Assembly (NCBI GenBank): GCA_016195915.1 | Contig: JACPYS010000038.1 | Location: 136,929-200,928, forward strand | Direction: 5' to 3' | Source: Betaproteobacteria bacterium | GTDB taxonomy: Bacteria; Pseudomonadota; Gammaproteobacteria; Burkholderiales; SG8-39 | DNA: 64,000 nt | Shown: positions 37,264 to 46,321 of the stretch, one piece after another | Layout: the number at the start of each line of letters is the position of its first letter | How positions within the stretch are numbered: position 1 is the stretch's first letter | The notes under the pieces: model-generated | Databases searched by the model: none | The model's input: only the letters and a program-made list of their open reading frames with translations | Told to the model about the DNA's origin: nothing | Program-made: the position numbers and the translations under genes

Positions 37264-38073
37264 CTAGCTGCCCGTGATGCCGGAATTCACGTCCGCGTTG
37301 GCCATGAACTTGGCGTACTCGTCGGCCCAGTTCACCTGCTGGCCGCTCGGTGAAATCGCGATCACCGGGGGCGGCGCCGCCACGCCCATGGCGGTGGCGA
37401 GCAGCCCCTCGGCAATACTCCGGGCATTCGCGTTCTCGTTGGCCGGGCCGTTGCTGATGTAGATGATGAAATTCTTCTGGCAGCCGTTCGAGATCGCCGG
37501 GTTGTACACCGCGGTGGACGAGTTGCTCGGAAGCGCCTGGCCCGGCAGTGCCGAGGCCGGGTTGTTGGCATCGTTGCCGGCGTAGTCGGTTTTTACCTTG
37601 CCGTAGCTCGCACGCGAAGCCTGCCCTGAGAAATACAGGTAGGCCTCGTGCATCGCAAGGCCCACCGTGGAGTTGTTGCCCACGTCTCCGAGCTTGCTCA
37701 GGTTGCCGACGATCGAGGCGAGCGTCGTCTTGTTGGTCCCCGTCATCTGGCGGATGCCGAAGCGAACGTACCCGCCGTCGATATTGTCGTTGCCGTTGCC
37801 GGTTTCCGGAAACAGCATCAAGCCCACGTTGAACTGGTCGGACAGGCCGTTCACCACCTGCACCAGCGCCGATTTTTCGTTGGTGAACGCGAGGTTCCAG
37901 TTCGCCGTGTTGTCGAGGATGATCAGCACGTTCGGCCGCTCTGCCGCGATGGTCGGGTTGGCGAGGAAGATGTCGGTGTCGTCGTTCACGGGGTCGAACG
38001 CCGAATGCCCGGACGGCGCGAGCCCGCCCAGCAGGGCGGCGGCAAAGGCGATAAGGATTTTCCGGAACTTCAT
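37264..38073 (-). CDS. pilY1: PilY1-like protein, N-terminal portion (signal peptide plus first half of vWA domain) ending at in-frame TAG
   Basis: ATG at 38073 (MKFRKILIAFAAALLGGLAPSGHSA) after GGAG. VLIILDNTANWN and FNVGLMLF are vWA strands. It ends ...NSGITGS-TAG (37264-37266), in the same frame as ORF 33139..37260. Confidence 0.75.
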   Translation of the reverse strand: MKFRKILIAFAAALLGGLAPSGHSAFDPVNDDTDIFLANPTIAAERPNVLIILDNTANWNLAFTNEKSALVQVVNGLSDQFNVGLMLFPETGNGNDNIDGGYVRFGIRQMTGTNKTTLASIVGNLSKLGDVGNNSTVGLAMHEAYLYFSGQASRASYGKVKTDYAGNDANNPASALPGQALPSNSSTAVYNPAISNGCQKNFIIYISNGPANENANARSIAEGLLATAMGVAAPPPVIAISPSGQQVNWADEYAKFMANADVNSGITGS

Positions 38074-38101
38074 GGTGTTTCTCCATTTGCGCCCAGCGGA
38101 A

Positions 38102-38536
38102 TCACGGACAATTTCCTGCCAGCATGCGGATGCGCACGCCCTGGTGGACGACCGCACTCGCCGAGGTGAGCGAATCCGTGACGCGGGCGACGAGTTCCCA
38201 GTCGGTGTCCTCGGGGGTGATCGCCGCGACCGAGGCCACCGCGCTGTAGCCGGCCGCGGGGGACGCGTACAGGCAGCTCGGCGTGTCCAGATTCACGGTC
38301 ATGCCGTTCACGGTGGTGGTCGAGGCCGCCGCCGTGAGGCCGTAGGCGCTCGGGCTGTTGAGCAGGGCTTCGATCGCCTGCTGGGCGTTCGCCTCCATGG
38401 TCTTCTGGTTCTGCAGGTTGCCCACCACCTTCAGGTTGATGCTGCTCAGGTTGATCGACGACACGGCGAACAGCGTCATCACCACCAGCATGATAAGAAC
38501 TACGAGCAGCGTGACGCCGCGCTGTTGTTTCCTCAT
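38102..38536 (-). CDS. pilX: type IV pilus minor pilin/assembly protein PilX
   Basis: C-terminal 144 codons of the track ORF 38102..40099. MRKQQRGVTLLVVLIMLVVMTLFAVSS is a PilX N-terminal domain. ATGA overlap with pilW. Confidence 0.75.
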   Translation of the reverse strand: MRKQQRGVTLLVVLIMLVVMTLFAVSSINLSSINLKVVGNLQNQKTMEANAQQAIEALLNSPSAYGLTAAASTTTVNGMTVNLDTPSCLYASPAAGYSAVASVAAITPEDTDWELVARVTDSLTSASAVVHQGVRIRMLAGNCP

Positions 38537-39636
38537 GGTGTCGGTGCCTCCCGCCGGCCCGCGGCATTGTTGATGCGGAACTCCGCCGTATAGACGTGGC
38601 GCTTGAAGCGGTCGTTCTGCGCCGGCACGGCGACGCCCGTGCCAAGCGAGTAGGTCTTGATATCCGTATAGCCGACCGACCCCTCCGTACTGCGCGCGAG
38701 CAGGCTCACCCGCGCCGAGATCACGAGGGGCCATTGGCTCGCCGAAGGTGTCGCGGTATAGGTCTCGACGACACCGTCCCCGCTCAACCCGGTGGTGGGA
38801 TCGACCGCGCTCGGAGCGGTGTCGGCGCCGTACTCCAGCTTCAGGTACTGGATGCCCTCGACCAGCGGCTCGATGGTCATGGTGGCGCCACCGAGCACTA
38901 GGCGTTTGAGGGTGGGCACGCTGCCGTCGGAGGACTGGCACACGCCGTTGTAGCCGGTGCCGGCGCTGCACGGCGCGACAAAATACACGTGCACGTTGAA
39001 GCGCCGCGTGTCGGCTGCCGCGCCGCTTTTCTTGAGGATCGCAGGGTCCGTATTGTCGACATTCTTGGTCGGCACGCTCGCTGCTGCAACACCCACTTGC
39101 AGCGCGGCGGCGACCGTATTCGCCTGAAGATAGACGTCGCCCGCAGTCGGGGTGCCGGTGAAAACGTTCGTCTCGGCGCGCCGCACCACGACGATGTCGC
39201 TGCCCGGCGCAAGGTTGGCGCTGGTCAACCAGGTGCCGCAACTCCATGCGCTCACATCGGGCCGGGTGCTGAGATCCGCGGCTCGCACGCCCTGCACCGG
39301 GTAGGTCAGCGAACTGATATTCAGCGCGTCGGTCGCCACCGGGGGTATGCTCACCGAGGTAGCGCAGGGATCGGGGACCGAAGTGGCATCCGGCGGCGTA
39401 CCGAAGACGCCGTAGTAACCCGCGAGGCGCAGGTCGGTGCCCAGAGTGTCGAGTGCGTAACGCCCGTTCTCGATCTGCTGGGCCGCCTTGAGCAGTTCGC
39501 GGTTGCTGGTGCTGGAATTGACGAAAATCGTCGTCAGGCCGGCGAGCAGCAGCAGGGAGATGGTCAGCGCCACCATCAGTTCGATCAGCGAAAGGCCGGA
39601 TTGCGTGCCGCGCGGGCGAAGCATGGAATTTCGCAT
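38533..39636 (-). CDS. pilW: type IV pilus assembly protein PilW
   Basis: 367 aa. Prepilin-type N-terminus GLSLIELMVALTISLLLLAG. Position between pilV and pilX. Confidence 0.8.
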   Translation of the reverse strand: MRNSMLRPRGTQSGLSLIELMVALTISLLLLAGLTTIFVNSSTSNRELLKAAQQIENGRYALDTLGTDLRLAGYYGVFGTPPDATSVPDPCATSVSIPPVATDALNISSLTYPVQGVRAADLSTRPDVSAWSCGTWLTSANLAPGSDIVVVRRAETNVFTGTPTAGDVYLQANTVAAALQVGVAAASVPTKNVDNTDPAILKKSGAAADTRRFNVHVYFVAPCSAGTGYNGVCQSSDGSVPTLKRLVLGGATMTIEPLVEGIQYLKLEYGADTAPSAVDPTTGLSGDGVVETYTATPSASQWPLVISARVSLLARSTEGSVGYTDIKTYSLGTGVAVPAQNDRFKRHVYTAEFRINNAAGRREAPTP

Positions 39637-39639
39637 GGC

Positions 39640-40293
39640 TCAGCTGCTCGCGAGCTTCGCCAGCCGCAGCGTCGTGTAGACCGCGCGGCGTTTGGTTTCG
39701 CCCGTGCCGTAGAGGGTATTGGCGCAATTGAGCGCGACCGCCGTGCCGGTCGCCGGATTGATCCGCGTGGGCGCAACGGTGTCGATGCGGCCCTGCCAGA
39801 CCACCGCCACCGTGTAAATGCCGGAGCCGGTGACGGCCGCGCCCGAACTCGGGCTCGTGAGCTCGGTGGTGGAATCGTAAAACACGCAACCGCGCGCGCC
39901 GACCATCGCACCGACCGACGCGGTGCCGAGCGTCTCCGAAGAGCCCTGCAGCAATCCATCCCAGGCCGTCATGGCTGCGACGGCCGCGGCACTTACGGTG
40001 GATGTTCCGGCCGTGCAGGTGGGCGTGCCAACGTGTCCAGCCTGGGTATTGTCGCCAAAATAAGGTGTCCCCGCGCTCGCGTCCGTAATGGCGAAACACG
40101 ATGCCACGGAGCGGTTCGATCCCAGCCGGTCGACCATGTCCGAGAGCAGCAACAGCGCCTGGGCGCGCTGATAGGACTCGAATTCGGCGAGCTGTGCCTG
40201 CGCTTGCATCCCGGCCAGCCCGAGCAGGCCGATGACCGTGATCATGATCGAAACCAGCACCTCGATCATGGAGGTGCCGCGCGCCGAGCGCAT
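39640..40293 (-). CDS. pilV: type IV pilus modification protein PilV
   Basis: Start chosen at M14 of the track ORF (MRSARGTSMIEVLVSIMITVIGLLGLAGMQ) to clear the fimT stop. PilV-type N-terminus. Confidence 0.75.
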   Translation of the reverse strand: MRSARGTSMIEVLVSIMITVIGLLGLAGMQAQAQLAEFESYQRAQALLLLSDMVDRLGSNRSVASCFAITDASAGTPYFGDNTQAGHVGTPTCTAGTSTVSAAAVAAMTAWDGLLQGSSETLGTASVGAMVGARGCVFYDSTTELTSPSSGAAVTGSGIYTVAVVWQGRIDTVAPTRINPATGTAVALNCANTLYGTGETKRRAVYTTLRLAKLASS

Positions 40294-40303
40294 CTTCGAA
40301 ACG

Positions 40304-40789
40304 TTAATTGCAGCCATCGGTGACATCGCCATTGGTATCCGTCTTGGTAAGAGGCCGTCCGCTCAGGTCGATCGAGATGCAGCGCATCTGGACCGTCGGC
40401 GAGGCGGCCACCTTGAACTGGATGGGCGCCACGGCAGTCGCCACGCGCCCGTCGCGCCGGTAGGTAATCGCCGACCCGGCTGCGGCGTCGATCGAAGAAA
40501 CAGCCTCCTGGCTCTGCAGCGTGACGCCACCGACCGCGACCGTCCAGCCGTTCCTCCAGTCGCCGGAGGCCGGGGTGACCGTCACCGAGGCGCTGCGTTT
40601 GATCGCCTCGCTGCGCGCAAGAACCAGCGAAGCATAAAGATCCGAGGCCGCCGTGCGCACGCGCGTCGCAAGCACGAAATCCTTGAAACTCGGCGCCGCG
40701 ATCGTCGCCAGGATGCCGGTCAACGCCACCACCATCATGAGCTCGATCATCGTGAAGCCCTGCCGGTAACGGTTCACCGGGGATGGCAT
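40304..40789 (-). CDS. fimT: GspH/FimT family minor pilin
   Basis: 161 aa. QGFTMIELMMVVALTGILATIAAPSF and LVLARSEAIKR are FimT/GspH-like. Confidence 0.75.
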   Translation of the reverse strand: MPSPVNRYRQGFTMIELMMVVALTGILATIAAPSFKDFVLATRVRTAASDLYASLVLARSEAIKRSASVTVTPASGDWRNGWTVAVGGVTLQSQEAVSSIDAAAGSAITYRRDGRVATAVAPIQFKVAASPTVQMRCISIDLSGRPLTKTDTNGDVTDGCN

Positions 40790-40819
40790 GGCTCTAGCCT
40801 CCGTGCGCTCCGCGGCCGC

Positions 40820-41245
40820 TTACCACTTGCCGTCGCCGGCCGAGCGCGTCTTGGCGCCCGCGCTGGTCAAGGTGAGGTTGCCATCACTCACCTGAGAACT
40901 CAGGGCGGTCGCGACCACGTTATATCCGGGCGGCGGGCCGTTAACCAGTGTCACCGCGACGGAATAGAAAGTATTGGTACACGTGGTTCCGGAGCATGTC
41001 CAGCCGTTGGCGCTGGCCATCGGGATGCCGCTGCCGGCGGCGGTGAGCGCCGTCGTATAGGTACGCGCGTCGAGCACGTACTGCTCTTCCTTGTTCTGTA
41101 TATCGAGCATCAACTGCGCCGCGTCGGCGCGCCGGGCCTTGGTCGTATAGTAGCTGTAGGATGGGATCGCGATCCACGCGAGGATCGCGATCACTGCCAC
41201 GACCATCATCAGTTCGACAAGCGTAAATCCGCGCGATTTCGGCAT
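40820..41245 (-). CDS. pilE: type IV pilin (PilE-like)
   Basis: ATG at 41245 after GGGAGA. MPKSRGFTLVELMMVVAVIAILAWIAIPSY is a class III signal peptide with Glu at +5. Confidence 0.8.
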   Translation of the reverse strand: MPKSRGFTLVELMMVVAVIAILAWIAIPSYSYYTTKARRADAAQLMLDIQNKEEQYVLDARTYTTALTAAGSGIPMASANGWTCSGTTCTNTFYSVAVTLVNGPPPGYNVVATALSSQVSDGNLTLTSAGAKTRSAGDGKW

Positions 41246-41799
41246 TTCAGTCTCCCAATGGTTGCGAATGCTAGTCGCTCGACGGGGCTGGTGCACCGCG
41301 CGCGCGACGGCGGGTCGATATTAGACGATGGACGGCGGGGCAGACGCATCAGGACGTGATTTTTTTCACGTTCGGTTTCCGGACCGCGCGCCTCACACGC
41401 AGCTTCGGGGCCGGAGTAACAGATGCCGTCGCCGCGCAGGCCGCGCGATGGCGATCCCGGGAAAATGCGCGTTGAGCGGTTGGGCACCACGGAGATAGCC
41501 GGCATCTTGACGACCTATTCCGCCTGACGCGTGCCGCCCGAGGCTTTGGCGCATCGTGCCATGGATCTCGAGGCGTCCGCGGTGGCCGATCGAGCACCGC
41601 GGTGCGCGCGACCTTGAATCTGCCTGGCGCGAAGATTACCGAGGCGATTAACGCGAAAGGATAAGTGCGTGGCTCGCCCGCGTATCGATCGTTCACGGCA
41701 GCGACACACGGCAGAGACAATGTTGATATTAAATGCAGAAAGCGGCACGATGGTTCCTGCACTCGCGGGCAAGAATGGTGCTCCCCGAGGAGGTGAACT

Positions 41800-42828
41800 G
41801 TGAAACTGCTGTCGCTTCTTTTTCTTTGCATTGCGATGATGCTGCGCGCTGGAGCGACCTGGTCAGGCGCATTCGAAGATGGCGTCGCTGCGCAAAAGGA
41901 CGGTGACTACGCGAATGCTTTGAAAATATTCGGGTCGCTCGCGGCACAAGGGGACGCGCGAGCGCAATACAATCTTGCGCTGATGTATGCACACGAGCGA
42001 GGTGTTGCGCGCGACTATCCAGAAGCACTCAAGTGGTTTCATCTGGCAGCAGCACAGGGAATCGCCAGTGCACAATATAATCTTGGCGTGATGTACGAGA
42101 ACGGCCTCGGCGGGGCGCGGAATCACTCTCAGGCGCTCAAATGGTATCGACTGGCAGCAGCTCAAGGCGATGCTGACGCGCAATACAATCTTGCCTTAAT
42201 TTATGAGAGGGGGCGAGACGTTAAGCAGGACTATGCTCAGGCGCGCAAGTGGTTTCAGCTGGCGGCGGCGCGAGGGCTTGCGCAGGCGCAATTCAATCTC
42301 GGCGTGATGTATGCGGAGCGGCGCGGGGGTGCACAGGATTACGCAGGAGCGCTCAAGTGCTATCGGCTGGCCGCAGCGCAGGGGCTTGCGGCGGCACAAT
42401 ACAATCTAGGCATGATGTACGCCAACGGTCGAGGCGTTGCGCAGGACCATGCTGAAGCGGTCAATTGGTATCGACTGGCAGCCGAGCGGGGGGACGCGTA
42501 CGCGCAATACAATCTCGGCCTGATGTATAAAAATGGAAGGGGAATCGCACAGGACTATGTGCAAGCGCTCAAGTGGTTGAGGCTGGCAGCAACGCAGGGG
42601 ATTACGGGAGCCCAATATAATCTCGGCTTGATGTTTGCAGAGGGGCAAGGGGTCGGGCAGCATGACGTTCGCGCTTACATGTGGATCGATCTGGCCGCCG
42701 AATCGGGCAACGCAAATGCGGGCAGGGTTCGCGACATCATCGGAAAGCGAATGACACCACAGCAAGTCGCCGAAGCGCGGAAGAGCGCGAGTGACTGTCG
42801 GTTGCGCAATATCAAGGGATGTGAGTGA
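41800..42828 (+). CDS. Sel1 (SLR) repeat protein, secreted
   Basis: GTG start after GAGGAGG. Signal peptide, then about 8 tandem 36-aa units of the type AQYNLGVMYENGLGGARNHSQALKWYRLAAAQGDA. Confidence 0.85.
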   Translation: MKLLSLLFLCIAMMLRAGATWSGAFEDGVAAQKDGDYANALKIFGSLAAQGDARAQYNLALMYAHERGVARDYPEALKWFHLAAAQGIASAQYNLGVMYENGLGGARNHSQALKWYRLAAAQGDADAQYNLALIYERGRDVKQDYAQARKWFQLAAARGLAQAQFNLGVMYAERRGGAQDYAGALKCYRLAAAQGLAAAQYNLGMMYANGRGVAQDHAEAVNWYRLAAERGDAYAQYNLGLMYKNGRGIAQDYVQALKWLRLAATQGITGAQYNLGLMFAEGQGVGQHDVRAYMWIDLAAESGNANAGRVRDIIGKRMTPQQVAEARKSASDCRLRNIKGCE

Positions 42829-43036
42829 GAGTCGAAATTATTTCTCTACTGCTCACCCGCTTGATGATAATCGGCGAGGCGGTCACATCTGATTTGAATT
42901 GAATTGGTTCGCGAGCCGAAAGGAGTAGATCTGCCTCGATTGGAGCGCGTATGCGATCAGCGGCACCGCCACAAACGCGCTCGCGGCAATCGCCGGTCCG
43001 GCGTAATTCGCGCCTCACGAACTCGACCGGCGCCCC

Positions 43037-43312
43037 GTGCCCCTGTCTTCCATCGAGCCGGAGTTTCCGGAACTTCGCCCGCACGACGAAGGCCATCTGG
43101 TGGTGCGCGTGCTGATCAACGAGCACGGGCGCGCCGACCAGGTCCAGCTACTGGTCTCGGACCCCGAACGAAAATTCGACCGCGCCGTCATCGACGCCTT
43201 CTCCGCGGGCCAGTACCAGCCGGGCATCAAGGACGGCGTGTCCGTGAAAAGCCAGTTTCTCGTCGAGGTGAAATTCCATCCCGAGGGCGCGCCGCCGGGG
43301 CCGGTAAGGTAG
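43037..43312 (+). CDS. TonB C-terminal domain-only fragment
   Basis: 91 codons from a GTG. PEFPELRPHDEGHLVVRVLINEHGRADQVQLLVSDPERKFDRAVIDAFSAGQYQPGIKDGVSV is TonB_C-like. An in-frame TAA lies 13 codons upstream, so there is no TM or Pro-rich part. Confidence 0.45.
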   Translation: MPLSSIEPEFPELRPHDEGHLVVRVLINEHGRADQVQLLVSDPERKFDRAVIDAFSAGQYQPGIKDGVSVKSQFLVEVKFHPEGAPPGPVR

Positions 43313-43390
43313 CTGAAAGTCTCACCGAAAAATGCGGCCTTGAGAGTATAGGGCTTTACGCACCCCATACCGCAGGGCACAATACGTCAC

Positions 43391-43669
43391 ATGAAGGCGC
43401 GCCTTATCGTTCGGATCAAGGAAGCCTATGGGCACGGTTCGGTTGAGGGCGTAGTTTGGGAGGTACCCGCGCCGGCGCAGCCGTCGACGCATCGCATCAA
43501 GTATCGCCTGGTCTATTTGGTCGGCGGCGAGCGCGTGGTGGGGTACGACAACGAGCGCGGCAAGGGTGATCACAAGCACATCCGCGGAACGCAAGCAGCT
43601 TATGCCTTCAAGGATGTGCCGACGCTGATCCGCGATTTTTTGCAGGACGTGCAGGAGACTGAATCATGA
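43391..43669 (+). CDS. TumE-family (DUF6516) toxin-like protein
   Basis: 92 aa. VWEVPAPAQPSTHRIKYRLVYLVGGERVVGYDNERGKGDHKHIRG matches my recollection of the family. ATGA overlap with the next gene. Confidence 0.65.
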   Translation: MKARLIVRIKEAYGHGSVEGVVWEVPAPAQPSTHRIKYRLVYLVGGERVVGYDNERGKGDHKHIRGTQAAYAFKDVPTLIRDFLQDVQETES

Positions 43670-44034
43670 GTGTGCTGGAAGTACGAATTGGGGAAGAAAT
43701 CAAGACGAGTCTTGCGCGGTTTGGACAGACGCTGTCAGCTGCAAAAGCCGGCAAGAAAGTGAAACCGTATTTCGGCATCGGCTTTCGCACCATGGCGCAA
43801 TTCGGCGAGGTGTTCACCCCGAAGCGCTGGGAGCTGGTGGAGTCCCTGAAAGCCTCCGGACCGCTGACGATCTACGCCCTTGCCAAGCGCCTCGGGCGCC
43901 ATTACCGCAACGTGCACAAGGATGTTACCGCCATGATCGAATGGACGGTGATCGAGAAGGACGATGCCGGACGGGTGTTCGTGCCATGGGATGAAATCGA
44001 CGTACGCTGGCCATTGCTCAGGCACGCGGCTTGA
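43666..44034 (+). CDS. HTH DNA-binding partner (TumA/HVO_A0114-like antitoxin)
   Basis: 122 aa. TPKRWELVESLKASGPLTIYALAKRLGRHYRNVHKDVTAMIEW is a winged HTH. Coupled to the preceding gene. Confidence 0.6.
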   Translation: MSVLEVRIGEEIKTSLARFGQTLSAAKAGKKVKPYFGIGFRTMAQFGEVFTPKRWELVESLKASGPLTIYALAKRLGRHYRNVHKDVTAMIEWTVIEKDDAGRVFVPWDEIDVRWPLLRHAA

Positions 44035-44152
44035 ATGCGGCCCGCGACCGGCTATAGCTTTGGCGACGTGCTCTTGGTGCCACACCCTTCGCCGACTCGC
44101 GGGTACTTGACCGGGGCTGAATAGCATGCGCCTGAAGCTCCGACGTTCACGG

Positions 44153-44446
44153 TCAATCGCCCCTCCGCGCCCGGTACCATCTTTGCACAATGATCCGTGT
44201 GCTTTTTATCCGGTAATTCACTACGTGCCCGGTATTCGGAATCGGGTATCGGCGCACGCCGGGCGCCGCGGTCGGCGTGCCGATCATCGGCATATCCTGA
44301 ATGGTAGCCAATGACCTTTCCACGCGCTGCGCTACCTGCCGCGCCGCGTTCTCATCCTCGCGGGCGATGTATTCCAGGCTTTCGAGGTACGCGGCTCGCG
44401 CGCTGGGCAGCCACTCAAGCGGCCTGGCGGCGCGGCGCTCGGGCAT
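44153..44446 (-). CDS. parE: RelE/ParE family toxin
   Basis: 97 aa. ...AAYLESLEYIAREDENAARQVAQRVERSL...GVRRYPIPNTGHVVNYRI is the ParE pattern. Confidence 0.75.
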   Translation of the reverse strand: MPERRAARPLEWLPSARAAYLESLEYIAREDENAARQVAQRVERSLATIQDMPMIGTPTAAPGVRRYPIPNTGHVVNYRIKSTRIIVQRWYRARRGD

Positions 44447-44672
44447 GGCGGGCGATCACGGCGCGGGCCTCACTGGATACCTGGCGGTGCGGCACGGTAC
44501 CCGATGTTGCTAATTCCGCCGCAGCGCTGCGCGCCGTAGCCAAGTCTTCTTCGCATAGCTCGAATCCGTCCCTCAGTACGAATCGCAGCATGGCTTGAGG
44601 CGTGCGCCCGGCTTCTCGGGCGAGCTCTTCCAGGCGACGCTGCTGCGCTCTGGTGAGTGCTGGTTGCTGCAT
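44415..44672 (-). CDS. antitoxin partner of ParE
   Basis: ATG at 44672 (MQQPALTRAQQRRLEELAREAGRTPQAMLRFVLRDGFE). Overlaps the toxin start by 32 nt. Confidence 0.6.
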   Translation of the reverse strand: MQQPALTRAQQRRLEELAREAGRTPQAMLRFVLRDGFELCEEDLATARSAAAELATSGTVPHRQVSSEARAVIARHARAPRRQAA

Positions 44673-44821
44673 GCGGTGTACTCTTGCCGGTAGCGAGTGC
44701 CAAAAGTATAGCACCGGTTCGCAGCGCGCCGACGTGTTCTGCAATCGCACGGAACCCCTGGCCCAACCTCAGTCATGGGTAAAACACGGCAACCGCAACT
44801 ACCCCCGGAGGGCACACTCCA

Positions 44822-45760
44822 TCAAGCGAGCTGTTTCGGAATCCCGAAACTGATGTTCTCCGCCACGCCCTCGAGGGGAGTGACGCGCCTCGCGCCGAGT
44901 TCCTTCAACCGCTCGATCGCCTGCTCGACCAGCGTCTCGGGCGCGGAAGCACCCGCGGTGACGCCAATGCGGCGCTTGCCTTCGATCCATTCCGCGCGCA
45001 GTTCCTCCGCTCGATCGACCATGTAGGCGGGCACCCCCGCATTCTCCGCCACCTCACGCAGCCGGTTGGAGTTGGAACTGTTGGGTGAGCCGACCACGAT
45101 GACTACATCGCATTGCGCGGACATGGATTTGACCGCGTCCTGCCGGTTCTGCGTGGCGTAACAGATGTCGTCCTTGCGCGGGCCGGAGATGCCGGGAAAA
45201 CGCGCGCCGAGCGCGGCGACGATCACGGCCGCATCGTCCACCGAGAGCGTGGTCTGGGTCACGTAGGCGAGCCGCGCCGGGTCGCTCACTTGAAGCTTCG
45301 CCACGTCGGCAACCGTTTCCACCAGGTGCATGCCGCCTTCGCTCTGGCCCATGGTGCCTTCGGCCTCGGGGTGGCCGCGGTGGCCGATCATGACCAGCTC
45401 GTAGCCTCGCTTGCGCATGCCCGCGACTTCGACGTGCACCTTGGTGACGAGGGGGCAGGTCGCATCGAACACCTTGAGCCCGCGCGCCGCCGCTTCGCGC
45501 TGCACCGCGAGCGACACGCCGTGCGCGCTGAAGATCACGGTGCCGCCGGCCGGCACCTCGGCGAGTTCATCGACGAACACCGCGCCCTTCGCGCGCAGCC
45601 CGTCCACCACGTACCTGTTGTGCACGATCTCGTGGCGCACGTAGACCGGCGCGCCGAAACGCTCGAGCGCGCGCTCGACGATCTTGATCGCGCGCTCGAC
45701 ACCGGCGCAGAACCCGCGCGGATTGGCGAGCAGGACCTCCATGGGCGCATTCTGCACCAT
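44822..45760 (-). CDS. ispH: 4-hydroxy-3-methylbut-2-enyl diphosphate reductase
   Basis: [16 protein letters not shown], three conserved Cys contexts and [10 protein letters not shown]. The start is either 45760 or the ATG at 45742 (which aligns with the E. coli start). Confidence 0.9.
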   Translation of the reverse strand: MVQNAPMEVLLANPRGFCAGVERAIKIVERALERFGAPVYVRHEIVHNRYVVDGLRAKGAVFVDELAEVPAGGTVIFSAHGVSLAVQREAAARGLKVFDATCPLVTKVHVEVAGMRKRGYELVMIGHRGHPEAEGTMGQSEGGMHLVETVADVAKLQVSDPARLAYVTQTTLSVDDAAVIVAALGARFPGISGPRKDDICYATQNRQDAVKSMSAQCDVVIVVGSPNSSNSNRLREVAENAGVPAYMVDRAEELRAEWIEGKRRIGVTAGASAPETLVEQAIERLKELGARRVTPLEGVAENISFGIPKQLA

Positions 45761-46321
45761 TCAAAGCGGCCGCTTTTCGCAGGCGCGGTCGAACACCGCC
45801 TCGAGCACGGGATGCACGCCGCGCAGGGCATCGATCACCTGCTTCGCCCAGTCGAAATACTCGCGTTTGCGCTCGATGCTCCAGTGGGCGGGCGGGGTCT
45901 CGGCGACATCGCGCAGATTGCAGATCTTGTCGGCCAGCTTCACGAGCTTTGCTTCGCGGCTGATGTGGGCCGCGTGCGCGATCTGCAGGCGCTTGCGCTC
46001 CGCCTTCTCGAGATTCTTGTCGTCGGTGACTTCGAGCACCACCTCGAGGATCGCCGCGCCGAACGCGGCCTCGATTTCAGCCGGGCTGGTTTCCGTGTCC
46101 TCGAGCGTGTCGTGCAGCAGCGCAGCCACGAGCACGTTCACCTCGTGCACCTGGCCCTCGTTCACCAGCACGTCGGCAAGCGCGATCGGGTGGTTGATGT
46201 AGGGCGAAGCGCCCGCGTCCTTGCGCCGCTGGTCGCGGTGCCGGGCCGCCGAGAAGGCGAGCGCCCTGAGCAGCAGCGCGAGTTCGGCGTGGCCGAAACC
46301 GGCGTCAAGCGCTTTTTTCAT
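45761..46321 (-). CDS. HD-domain (RelA/SpoT-type) phosphohydrolase, small alarmone hydrolase-like
   Basis: 186 aa. HRDQRRKD...PYINHPIALADVL...LLHDTLEDT is the (p)ppGpp-hydrolase HD signature. Confidence 0.7.
   Translation of the reverse strand: MKKALDAGFGHAELALLLRALAFSAARHRDQRRKDAGASPYINHPIALADVLVNEGQVHEVNVLVAALLHDTLEDTETSPAEIEAAFGAAILEVVLEVTDDKNLEKAERKRLQIAHAAHISREAKLVKLADKICNLRDVAETPPAHWSIERKREYFDWAKQVIDALRGVHPVLEAVFDRACEKRPL

Noticed and set aside
41743-41761. Sigma-54-like element cGGCACGatggTTccTGCA upstream of the Sel1 gene
   Set aside because: The GG to GC spacing is 3 nt too long relative to the TGGCAC-N5-TTGC consensus. No matching element was seen upstream of the pilE-like gene either.
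42904-43446. 180-aa plus-strand ORF overlapping the TonB_C fragment in another frame
   Set aside because: Its translation is Arg/Pro/Gly-rich with no recognisable motif, while the overlapping frame gives a clean TonB_C domain.
44062-44124. Short frame reading GDVLLVPHPSPTRGYLTGAE-stop, reminiscent of a MazF/PemK N-terminus
   Set aside because: It is only about 20 codons, with no start codon and no remainder of the fold. The similarity is too short to mean anything without a search.
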